From IMG/VR virus record IMGVR_UViG_3300045988_034074: DNA of 41,726 nt. One strand, 5' to 3'. The first letter of the stretch is position 1; each line of letters opens with the position of its first letter. The position numbers were made by a program, and so were the translations under genes. Shown piece by piece: positions 22,444 to 31,900 of the stretch. The notes under the pieces are model-generated. The model had not been told where the DNA came from. It was given only the letters and a program-made list of their open reading frames with translations, and made no database searches. This DNA is from a virus.

Positions 22444-22461
22444 GAGTATAGAGATATACTC
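22444..22461 (+). other. 7-bp hairpin with a GAGA (GNRA) tetraloop in the capsid 3' UTR
   Basis: GAGTATA-gaga-TATACTC paired by hand. Confidence 0.5.
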
Positions 22462-22476
22462 AAACTAATTAAAGAA

Positions 22477-22508
22477 GGGTGTATGGCTCGTACCATATAC
22501 CCTTTTAT
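22477..22508 (+). terminator. Terminator after the capsid gene (Tphi analogue)
   Basis: 10-bp stem GGGTGTATGG/CCATATACCC (one G.U pair), 6-nt loop, then TTTTAT. Same position as T7 Tphi. Confidence 0.7.
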
Positions 22509-22569
22509 GTCCCTTTAGTTCAGTGGAAGAATATTAAAGACTTGGGTTCGATTCCCAAAGGGGACTCCA
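22509..22569 (+). ncRNA. tRNA-like element lacking an anticodon arm, with encoded 3' CCA
   Basis: Acceptor GTCCCTT/AGGGGAC; U8; D-arm GTTC-AGTGGAA-GAAT; 9-nt linker; T-arm TTGGG-TTCGATT-CCCAA; discriminator T; CCA. Confidence 0.6.
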
Positions 22570-22599
22570 CAAAAACTATTATTTATGAAAGGAGCTACT

Positions 22600-23169
22600 A
22601 TGATTCTTACATCTAATAAATCCATAGATGCTATCAATGATATGTTAGCAGCTGTAGGGGAAGCTCCTGTCAATACTCTTGAAGACTCCCAGAATATCGA
22701 TGTTGAGAACGCCATTAGGGTCTTAGAGAAAGTAAATAGACAGGTGCAGTCTAAAGGCTGGTCTTTCAATCATGTTGATGAAGCAAAGCTGAACAGAGAT
22801 GTGACTACAAATAAGATCAAATGGCAGGATGACATTCTCTATATTGTCGGAACAGATGGGACTAAGTATGTCCAGAGGGGCGAATATGTCTATGATTTTG
22901 ACAATCAAACAGACACATTCACTTCGGATATTGAAGTAGAACTCATTCGTCTTATTGACTTCGACTACATGCCTTCTGTTGCTAGAGACTACATTGTAGC
23001 TAAAGCAGCTAGAATCTTCCAGTCTCAGACCCTTGATGATGACAGTATTGGTCAGAACCTTTTGGCTCAGGAACAGGAAGCATGGGCAGCACTTCAGGAA
23101 TATGAAATGGAACTTGGAGACTATTCTATGTTTAGTGTTCAGCCAGTTCAGACTCTGGAGGCACGCTAA
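22600..23169 (+). CDS. Tail tubular protein A, gp11-like (189 aa)
   Basis: The ATG at 22600 has RBS AAAGGAG. AINDMLAAVGEAPVNTLED...VNRQVQSKGWSFN aligns with T7 gp11. Confidence 0.9.
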   Translation: MILTSNKSIDAINDMLAAVGEAPVNTLEDSQNIDVENAIRVLEKVNRQVQSKGWSFNHVDEAKLNRDVTTNKIKWQDDILYIVGTDGTKYVQRGEYVYDFDNQTDTFTSDIEVELIRLIDFDYMPSVARDYIVAKAARIFQSQTLDDDSIGQNLLAQEQEAWAALQEYEMELGDYSMFSVQPVQTLEAR

Positions 23170-25541
23170 TGAGGAACACTAGAATTTCACAGACCATTAA
23201 GAACTTGATCTCTGGTATCTCTCAGCAGCCAGATCTTCTTAGGCTTCCTGAACAGCTCGATCAGCAGGTCAATGGTTTTTCTACGGAGTCTTCTGGTCTC
23301 CAGAAAAGACCCCCGACCCTCTATGTGAGTGATCTTGGAGCTGCACCTACTAACCCTAACTCTCTGGTGCATATCGTAAACAGAGATGAGAATGAAAAGT
23401 ATGTGATGCTCTTTGATGGGTCTTCAGCTAAGGTCTGGGATGAATATGGGAAAGCATATACTGTAAAATATGAGGGGGATGGAGAAGCCTATATCACAGT
23501 TGCTAATCCTAGAAAGTCTCTTAGACTCGTTACTATTGCTGATTATACTTTTATCGTAAACAGAGACAAAGTGGTCAAAATGGGAAAAGACCCAGTTCCT
23601 TACAAATGGGATGACCATAGTTGTCTTGTTAATGTTAAATCTGGTCAGTACGGTAGAACCTACAAGATTCTCATTAACGATGAAGTAATCGCAGAATTTA
23701 CGACACCTAATGGGAACAACGCAGCAGACACAAAGCAGATTGATACTAACTTCATTCGAGATAAGTTAGGAGCGGCTGCTACTGCTAAAGGATGGACAGT
23801 AGAGAAGTATAACTCTTCTCTTTACCTTACTAAAGCAAATGTGACTATTAAGACTGTCAAATGTGTCGATGGGTTCAATGGTCTGGGTATGTTTAGTTTC
23901 TTTCACACTGCTCAGAAATTCACGAACTTACCTACAGAAGCCAAAGACGGATACACAGTAAAGGTCTTAGGTGACAGTGGGTCTGGTTCAGATGACTACT
24001 ATGTCTCTTATAGATCTTCTGATAACATCTGGAAGGAATGTGCGAAACCGGGAATCATTGCTGGTTATGACAAAGCTACTATGCCTCATGTAATGGTCAG
24101 AAATGCTGATGGTTCATTTACTGTGAAGCCAGCTGAATGGGAGGATAGAGACATAGGGGATGAAGATTCAAACTCTGAACCTTCCTTTGTTGATGGGAAG
24201 ATCAATGATGTATTTCTCTTTAGAAATCGTTTAGGATTCCTTAGCGGAGAAAACATTATCCTCTCTAGGTCTGCATCTTTCTTCAACTTCTGGATGGGGT
24301 CTGCTGTAGAGGTACAGGATACAGACCCGATTGATTTGGCTGTATCTAACAATAAAGTATGCACACTTTATCACGCAGTACCATTTGCTCAGGACTTGGT
24401 ACTCTTTTCAGCTAACTCTCAGTTCATTCTGGCAGCTGATGGGGTCTTAACACCTCAGAACGCAGCTGCTCCTCTAGCTACTCAATTTACCTCTGCTAAA
24501 GAAGTAAAGCCTGTAGGAGCTGGTCGAAGAATGTACTTCATTGTTAAGAGAGCTGAGTTCTCTTCACTGAACGAATACTACACCATGAATGATACTCAGG
24601 GGACGAAAGATGCTCAGGATGTGTCTTCACATGTTCCTTCTTTTATCCCTAATGGGGTCTATGCACTGTGTCCTTCTAACAACGAACACATTCTGCTTGT
24701 ACTCTCTTCTGGTAACACTTCCAGAATCTATGTGTACAAATATCTGTTCTCTGAAGAAGATCGTATGCAGTCTTCATGGTCTTATTGGGAATTTAAGGGA
24801 GCGACCATCTTAGGCGGTGGTTTCTTTGATTCTACCTTCTACATGCTTGTTGTCAGAAATGGTGAATTGTTTATGGAGAAAATGATTTTCACATACAACA
24901 CCAAAGACTACAATGATGAACCTTACCGTGTCTTCCTTGACCGTAAGGCTGTGTCTGCTCCAATCGCTGATGACAACTATGATGACATTAACAACATGAC
25001 ACACTTACATCTTGCAAGGGCATATGGAAATTATCTGTCTACTGGTGCAAAGTATGGTGTCGTTACCTCTGATGGTCATTATTATGAGTTCTCTTATAAT
25101 GACGTAAAGAACGATAATGTCTACATCAATAGAGACTTGAGAGGACAGAAGGTCACTTTTGGAGAACTCTTTACGTTCTATGTTCAGTTTTCACAGCTTA
25201 TCATTAAGCAGAGAGGGACGGCTGGCATTGTAGCAGAAGAGGAGGGTAGACTTCAGGTTTCTCGTATGAAGATCAATTTTTCAAAGTCTGGCTACTTTGA
25301 AGTACATGTTAGTCACAAAGACCCCAGACCTCAGCATGTATACTATCATACTGCTAGAGTCTTAGGTGCAACGAATAACAAGATGAATGTTATACCTATG
25401 GAAACTGGGTCTATGATTATTCCTGTTATGAGTAAGAACGACAACTGCCAGATCTCCATTAAGACACAAGCTCCTACGGCTATGTCTCTTATGGGGTTCA
25501 CATGGGAAGGAAACTACATAAAGAGGACAAGAACGATATGA
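23169..25541 (+). CDS. Tail tubular protein B, gp12-like (790 aa)
   Basis: ISQTIKNLISGISQQPDLLRLPEQLDQQVNGFSTESSGLQKRPP aligns with the T7 gp12 N-terminus. The size also matches. Confidence 0.93.
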   Translation: MRNTRISQTIKNLISGISQQPDLLRLPEQLDQQVNGFSTESSGLQKRPPTLYVSDLGAAPTNPNSLVHIVNRDENEKYVMLFDGSSAKVWDEYGKAYTVKYEGDGEAYITVANPRKSLRLVTIADYTFIVNRDKVVKMGKDPVPYKWDDHSCLVNVKSGQYGRTYKILINDEVIAEFTTPNGNNAADTKQIDTNFIRDKLGAAATAKGWTVEKYNSSLYLTKANVTIKTVKCVDGFNGLGMFSFFHTAQKFTNLPTEAKDGYTVKVLGDSGSGSDDYYVSYRSSDNIWKECAKPGIIAGYDKATMPHVMVRNADGSFTVKPAEWEDRDIGDEDSNSEPSFVDGKINDVFLFRNRLGFLSGENIILSRSASFFNFWMGSAVEVQDTDPIDLAVSNNKVCTLYHAVPFAQDLVLFSANSQFILAADGVLTPQNAAAPLATQFTSAKEVKPVGAGRRMYFIVKRAEFSSLNEYYTMNDTQGTKDAQDVSSHVPSFIPNGVYALCPSNNEHILLVLSSGNTSRIYVYKYLFSEEDRMQSSWSYWEFKGATILGGGFFDSTFYMLVVRNGELFMEKMIFTYNTKDYNDEPYRVFLDRKAVSAPIADDNYDDINNMTHLHLARAYGNYLSTGAKYGVVTSDGHYYEFSYNDVKNDNVYINRDLRGQKVTFGELFTFYVQFSQLIIKQRGTAGIVAEEEGRLQVSRMKINFSKSGYFEVHVSHKDPRPQHVYYHTARVLGATNNKMNVIPMETGSMIIPVMSKNDNCQISIKTQAPTAMSLMGFTWEGNYIKRTRTI

Positions 25542-25996
25542 TTACTATTGATACAGCTACAGTAGATGACATTTGGAACTTTGCTGAGAACATTAGAAAG
25601 ATGGATGATGAGGAAGTAAAGTTTGTGTCTGGTAAATCCTTTAAGGAGCAAATGATCTTCCTTATGGCTCATGTAGAGGATGTAAGGGCTATCAAATGTG
25701 ATGGGGTCTTACTTGGTATCGGCAACTGGTATCAGGAGCAGCTTGATTGGGGTCTTTACTCTAAGGGTGTCATTGGTTGGATGCTTCTGACCAATGCAGT
25801 TGAAGACCACAAGATTGAATTTCTTAGATGGTCTAAAGATCTCGTAAAGACACTTTTGGAAGCCTACCCAGCTATCACAAATGTGGTCTATGCAAAGAAT
25901 GAACTTCATATTAAATACCTGAAGTTCCTCGGAGCTGAGTTCTGGGAAGACCCATTCAGAAAAGATCTTTGGCATTTTATTATAGAAAGGAGTTAG
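25538..25996 (+). CDS. Internal virion protein A, gp13-like (152 aa)
   Basis: ATGA overlap with gp12. Position, size and loose similarity to gp13 (WMLLT...YP...N.....HI.YLKFLG). Confidence 0.55.
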   Translation: MITIDTATVDDIWNFAENIRKMDDEEVKFVSGKSFKEQMIFLMAHVEDVRAIKCDGVLLGIGNWYQEQLDWGLYSKGVIGWMLLTNAVEDHKIEFLRWSKDLVKTLLEAYPAITNVVYAKNELHIKYLKFLGAEFWEDPFRKDLWHFIIERS

Positions 25997-26000
25997 TTCT

Positions 26001-26684
26001 ATGTGTTGGTGGGCTGTAGCAGCTCAGGTCGCAATGCAAGCGTATGGGATGAGACAGCAGTACAATGCTCAGGCAAAGTACCTAGAAGCTCAGGCTCAGG
26101 GAGCGACCAAAGAGATGAACTACGCTTTTCAGAATTACGAAATCGAAAGGCAGGACGCTTATGACGCTGCTGTAAACGATATTATTAAAACACGAATTAA
26201 CCAAATGCAGCTTAACTCACAGGTTAATGCTGCTATTGCAGAAGGTTATGCTGGTGGTGGTAGAACAGCAGATAGACTTATGAGAGCAGCTGAAGCAGAC
26301 ACATCTAGGTCTGTTGCTTCTGTTCAGGACAACTATCTCAGAAAGTCTAATGAAGTTGATCTCAACAAAGAGTCTACTTTGCTGTCTACAAAGGACTATA
26401 TTGCACAACTTAAGAAACAAGGTGAGATCTCTAGGTCTCAGAAGTTCTCCGATATTCTGTCTCTGGCTTCTACGGCTCTGTCTGGGTACAATGAATACAA
26501 GACACAGGCAGCAGCTGCTAAGGCTAAAGGTGGTACATTTGACTTCTGGGGTTCTCATAGTCCCAATACGAAATCTTCTGGGTCTTACTTTACCTATAAT
26601 TCTCAGGGGCTGCCTTCTATGGCAAACTATACGAACATTTATAAACAGGGTAAGTTGCGGAAAACCAACTTATATATTCAGTGA
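26001..26684 (+). CDS. Internal virion protein B, gp14-like (227 aa)
   Basis: The N-terminus MCWWAVAAQVAMQAYG...NAQAK resembles T7 gp14 MCWAAAIPIAISGAQAISGQNAQAK. Confidence 0.8.
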   Translation: MCWWAVAAQVAMQAYGMRQQYNAQAKYLEAQAQGATKEMNYAFQNYEIERQDAYDAAVNDIIKTRINQMQLNSQVNAAIAEGYAGGGRTADRLMRAAEADTSRSVASVQDNYLRKSNEVDLNKESTLLSTKDYIAQLKKQGEISRSQKFSDILSLASTALSGYNEYKTQAAAAKAKGGTFDFWGSHSPNTKSSGSYFTYNSQGLPSMANYTNIYKQGKLRKTNLYIQ

Positions 26685-26696
26685 TACGGAGGCTAA

Positions 26697-28904
26697 ATGG
26701 CTAGTATAACACAAAATGCAGTGGGTACGCAAAGGCAGTTCACACGCCAGCCAGTAGCCACTTATCAGAAGTCCTTGAGAAACCTTGTGGATTCTCAAGG
26801 CATCGTTAAATCCGGGGCTGGAGATCGACTGTATAAGGCAGTAACTGGTCTTGGGTCTAACATTATGAAATATGCTTCCAGTGAAGAAGACAGAGCTAGA
26901 GCAAGAACTGTAGAGGTTGAACCTCTCATCAATGCTGCTACTGAAGATGACTGGAAGAAATTGTCCGCTATTGAACTTCTCAATAAATATGGACAGTTCC
27001 AGCTGGCAGATAACCCATATGCTGTTGCTGCTATTGAACAGGCTCGTGGTAAGTACATGTCTGAGAAGTTCAATCAGCAGTATCAGATCACAATGGCTAA
27101 TGACCCAGTTAAAGAGCCAGACAAAGAACGTGAAAGATATGATAGCGAGAAACGAAAGTTCCTTGAAGATAATAAATCGGACTCTTATGATGTCGAACAG
27201 TTCTACAAAGGCTTCTGGGAGTCTAACCCTAAAGACCTCTTGGATATCACCAATCAGAAAGTAGCAGAGAAGTCTAAGAGTCTTGATACTATTAGGCGTG
27301 CAACTCTTCAGGCAGATGGAACTTCATACGTTGCTGAAAATACTGATAAGAGTCCAGAAGAGTACGCTCAGGGTCTTCAGCAGCTTGCTCTAAAATCTGT
27401 CTTGATGTCTTATCAGCCAGATGTCAGAAAATCTTACTTTGAAGGTATCTTGGAAGAGACTGCAAAAGAAACTGGGTCTCCAGACAAGATCAGAGCTTGT
27501 GGTGATATTGTCATTACTAATAATGAAGATGGCACTAAACCTATTCATGTTAAAGATGTCATTGACATGAACACATACATTCGTATGGCAGAAGACACAG
27601 CTATGGCTAAACCAAATGAATGGATGAATAAGCAGTATGAAGCTATGGCTAATTGTGATACTGTGGAGCAGCTTGATAAATGGTGGAATGCTCTGCCTAA
27701 AGAGGCTCAACATATGCTTAGACCTAAGTATGGTCAGCAGCGAGTAGCTCTTGTCAAAGCAGTAAAGATTAAGAAAAAGCAGATGATTAGAGCTAATCAG
27801 AAACAACTTGCAGCTAATGCAAAAGCGCAGAAGGCTGATGTTGCTCTTATTCGCTTTCTTAAGCATAAAGCAGATAATACTTATTGTACCACAGATGAAG
27901 CATATGGGGCAGCAATGAGACAATTAGCTGGTGTACAGCCGGGAGATACAAACACATTTGCTAGAATCATGTTCTGGAGTCCTAACTCTAGGATGCGTTC
28001 TGAGTACAAAGGATACTTTGAGAACAGTATCTTGGGGTCTTCAGCAAGTGAAATGGCAGATGCTGGTGATATGAAGAGTGTCACTACTGCTCTGGGTCTC
28101 TATAAGAATAATCCAGCTCTTTTTGAGGCTACCTTTGGTAAATCTTTGACTGACAATCTTCAGACCATTCAGGCTCTTATGGACTTTCAGGGGAGTGAAG
28201 AAGCTGGCTTTGAGATGTTCTGCAAGGGTCGTGATGCAATGGCTAGTGACTCTACGGTTGCACAGGCAGCTAAAGACTTCGCTGATAATGCGATGAGTAA
28301 TGGCTACACAGTTGAACTGAAAAATGCAGATAGTGATAAGCATGAAATGGTTGATGTGTCTATTTCTAATGATAGCTTTGCTAAGGTAAATGCTACAGCA
28401 CTGCAATACATCCGAGCTTGCTCTGGGTCTGAAGATGCAGCTAACCATATTCTGTCCTCTGTCTTAGCTAATAACTATGTTGAGTATGATGGGCATCCTC
28501 TGCCAGTTGCAGTCTTTGCTAGAAAGACAGAAGACACAAATGGTATTGATGCTTCTTCTGATGATGGTGTACTTGGTGCTGGTACTGAATACATGGATGC
28601 AAGAGTTGAAGAAACAAATGCAGAATATGTAGGCATGAACGCTACTTGGTGGTGGGGTGTCGATCATAAGATTCATTTTGGGGATCCTGTATATGGTCTT
28701 GATGAACATGATGGATATACTCCAGATGAGTTCTATGACCTTGTTAATCAGTGGCATTATGATCGTCAGGCAGCTGAAGAAGAATCTAGTGATGATAGCT
28801 CCACTGATGATAGCTCTTCTGATTCCGAGGGTGAAGGGTCTGGAGTAACCGAAACAGGGACTAGAAGAGCTACCTATGGTGGCGTAAGTTGGAATGGATA
28901 TTAA
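26697..28904 (+). CDS. Internal virion protein C, gp15-like (735 aa)
   Basis: Position and size match (T7 gp15 is about 747 aa). The sequence looks predominantly helical. Confidence 0.75.
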   Translation: MASITQNAVGTQRQFTRQPVATYQKSLRNLVDSQGIVKSGAGDRLYKAVTGLGSNIMKYASSEEDRARARTVEVEPLINAATEDDWKKLSAIELLNKYGQFQLADNPYAVAAIEQARGKYMSEKFNQQYQITMANDPVKEPDKERERYDSEKRKFLEDNKSDSYDVEQFYKGFWESNPKDLLDITNQKVAEKSKSLDTIRRATLQADGTSYVAENTDKSPEEYAQGLQQLALKSVLMSYQPDVRKSYFEGILEETAKETGSPDKIRACGDIVITNNEDGTKPIHVKDVIDMNTYIRMAEDTAMAKPNEWMNKQYEAMANCDTVEQLDKWWNALPKEAQHMLRPKYGQQRVALVKAVKIKKKQMIRANQKQLAANAKAQKADVALIRFLKHKADNTYCTTDEAYGAAMRQLAGVQPGDTNTFARIMFWSPNSRMRSEYKGYFENSILGSSASEMADAGDMKSVTTALGLYKNNPALFEATFGKSLTDNLQTIQALMDFQGSEEAGFEMFCKGRDAMASDSTVAQAAKDFADNAMSNGYTVELKNADSDKHEMVDVSISNDSFAKVNATALQYIRACSGSEDAANHILSSVLANNYVEYDGHPLPVAVFARKTEDTNGIDASSDDGVLGAGTEYMDARVEETNAEYVGMNATWWWGVDHKIHFGDPVYGLDEHDGYTPDEFYDLVNQWHYDRQAAEEESSDDSSTDDSSSDSEGEGSGVTETGTRRATYGGVSWNGY

Positions 28905-28917
28905 AGAGGTGATATGA

Positions 28918-31900
28918 ATGACTAATGTTGATGCTTTTCTAGCTGCTATCTCTGGAACAGAATCTGGTGGTGACTATGAGGCATATAATGAAAGTACAGG
29001 AGCTAGAGGCAAATATCAGTTTATTCCTAGCACCTATGCTGAGTATGCGGATGACCCAGATGACTGGTCTCCAGAGCAGCAGGAATTAGCAGCACATAGA
29101 ATGGCAGCTGAGTATATTGAAAAGTATGGATATAGAAATGCTGCTATTGCTTGGCAGGGTGGTGAAGGTGCCATTGGACATGAAGACTGGTCTGATGGCA
29201 ACATGACCACTGGCGAATATGCAGATGCAACGATGACTAGACTTCAAGCTATTATGGCTGGTGATGCCATTGATAATTTCGTTACCCCTTCTGGTGCTTA
29301 TGGGATGACACATCCATTTGCTCGCCCTAATCTTCCAGAAGCTCAGAAGGTCTATGGATTCTGGGATGAATTTTATAACAAGTTCATGAATCAGTTCGTA
29401 GATCAGGGTTCTGTGTCTGCGGTAAGAACTGCATGGGCAAACTTTGTTAATAGAGACTCTATGGCTGAATGGGCTATGAGTGACTATAAACCCTCTCAGG
29501 AAGATATTGAACTTGTCCAGAAGGGTCTTGAAGGTGACTCTATTGCTCAGAACTATGTTCTGTCTAATGCTCATAACAGAAAGACTCTTTTGGAACTCTT
29601 AGCAATGAAGCAGGAAGATCGTGATAGAGCTAATTCTGTAGATAACATGGACTATGGTTTGTCTTCAGTAGGTTCTATTCTTGGTTCTGTTCTTGACCCT
29701 ACGATTCTTTTAGCATTCGTTCCGGGGCTAGGAGTAGGCACTATTGCTGGTATTGCTTCTAAGGCTGCTAAAGTGAGATCTTTAATATCTCTTGGTGGTA
29801 AAGTTATCAATGAGCATAGAGCAGCTAAGATTGCAGCTAATGCTCTTACTTCTATGGTATATGCCGGAGCAGATAGATTTGCAGCACAGCGTTGGGGGGG
29901 CTTCACTCCAGACTATGCAACTGCAATGACCTTTGGTGGTATCTTAGGTGCTATTGGTGGGGCTATCTCTAAGTCCGGTGGTGGCGAAATGGCAAGACTG
30001 CTGGACAACAATAAGAAGAGACTTGAAGAAGAAACTGTTCGTGTTGCTATTGGTGCTACTCCACACATGGAAGCTAAACCAAATGCTCAGGCTGCTCTGG
30101 CTAAAGATATGATGGATGACTTTACTCAGGAAGGTACTGACATTGATCTTCACTATAAAGAGCGAGCAGCAAAAGCAGCAGCTGAGAAGGCTGAACTTGA
30201 AAGAGAGCCAGACGTTGCTCAGGAAGGTGCTTCTCTTGCAGGAGACTTCCAGTTCAGAAAAGATGCTGTAGCTCCAGAACAGATCAGTGGTGGTAAAGAC
30301 TTCAGCAAAGAAGTTAAGCAGAATGAAAACACTACTACAGGTATTCCTCAGCAGAAGCCATTTGAGACTGAAGCTCCTATTAGTCCTACTGGGGCTGTAG
30401 AGAATCTTAATAATGCTGCTGATGTTGTCTATCATGATCTTGTAGAACCTAACTCTATTACTGATACCCTTATCAAAAATGGTCAGTTGTTTATTCTTAC
30501 CGAAGCCAAAGCTCGCAAATGGGCTGCTCGGTATGGTGTGCAGCTAGACCCAAATGCTAAGGCTTTCAGTTTACCGGGTCTTGGTGTCTCTGTATTGATT
30601 CGTGAAAAGATCAATAAGAGAAACCTCACAGGGGTCGTTATGCATGAAGCTGGTGTCCATATGGCACTTCGCAACATGATTGAACCGAAGCTCTATGATG
30701 AGATCTTAGGCATCGTTAAAGATCGAATGGAACACTCTACAGACAAAGAGTGGATTAGAGCTACACGAAAGGCAACAAGTCCAGAGGAAGCTCTTGCTTA
30801 CTGGATTGAAAATATGGGTAACAGAAAGAAGAGGGATAGTGTCGTTAAGAGAGTCCGTCAGGGACTTGAACAGTGGCTTGACCCGAACTTTGATGCTGAT
30901 AAGTGGGTAGCAGACACAGTTGCTGGTGCTTTGAAACGTTATGCAGCTAAGAATAAAGATGTTGCTAAAGTTGTCAATATGATTCTTGACCCAGCTCGTG
31001 AAGTGAAGAGTAAACAGTGGGCAGCTGCTATAAAGGCTACTGGGTCTACTAACCCAGAAATTATCTTTAAGCATTGGATTACACATAAACCTAACAAAAA
31101 CTCTGCATTGTATAAAGAGATCAAAAGACAGGCAGAACTTGCATATGAAAGCAAAGAGCTGACTGATAAAGAGATCGAAGACTTTGCATTGAAGAAGTAT
31201 TTCCATTCTGACCTCTATGAAGATGCCCCAGTGGTAACTTCTAAGAATAAGAATAAGAAACCAACTGTTGAGGCTGTGGAGTCTAATGAGCATAAAGAGA
31301 TCAAAGAAGAACCAAAGGTCTTTGAAGACACAGAAAATCATGCTCAAGAAAGAGCTGACAACTCTCAGGGTAGTCTTGTGGACTCTTTGATGATGCGTAA
31401 CGCTGAAGAGACAATTCACAAGAATGACCCAGTACAGACACTTCCAGATGGTTCTCATATCATCAATGGTGTAACGTACTCTAAGAATAATGTCAATGGT
31501 GAGGGTATTGCTCAGACCGCAGAAGATATTGGTGAGATTGACTACTCTAAGGAGCATAAGGCTCAGACTATCTTTGACCCAGTATCTGATAAAGGACAAA
31601 GTTCTAAAGTACGTCAGGGTCACTTTGGTCGTGTGGGTCTGTTCATGGAACATGGTCTGTTTAATGGTACTATTTTTGGTATCATGAGAAACTCTCATTC
31701 CAGACTCTTGCAGATGCTGTCTAATATTCTGTTCAGAGACCCACGAATGGAAGCCTCTTATATTGACCACCTTCCAGCAGAAAGCATTAAAGATATGATG
31801 CTTGCTCGTTGGAATAATCAATATTATGCATTTGTTGAGAAACGTATGGACTACATTAAAAAGAACATTGGTTTCTTCCATAGCCTCATGAGAAACAACT

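Noticed and set aside
22509-22569. Calling the element a functional tRNA gene
   Set aside because: Only 57 nt lie before the discriminator and CCA, and no anticodon stem-loop can be formed in any register. It is reported as a tRNA-like ncRNA or possible pseudogene instead.
24741-24748. Isolated TATCTGTT inside the gp12 gene as an internal class II pause site
   Set aside because: A single 8-mer match is about what chance predicts in 42 kb. It lacks the clustering seen at the left end.
30643-30660. HEAGVH in gp16 as a zincin metalloprotease active site
   Set aside because: The spacing is HExxxH, not the canonical HExxH, and I cannot identify a third ligand. It is kept only as a note within the gp16 finding.
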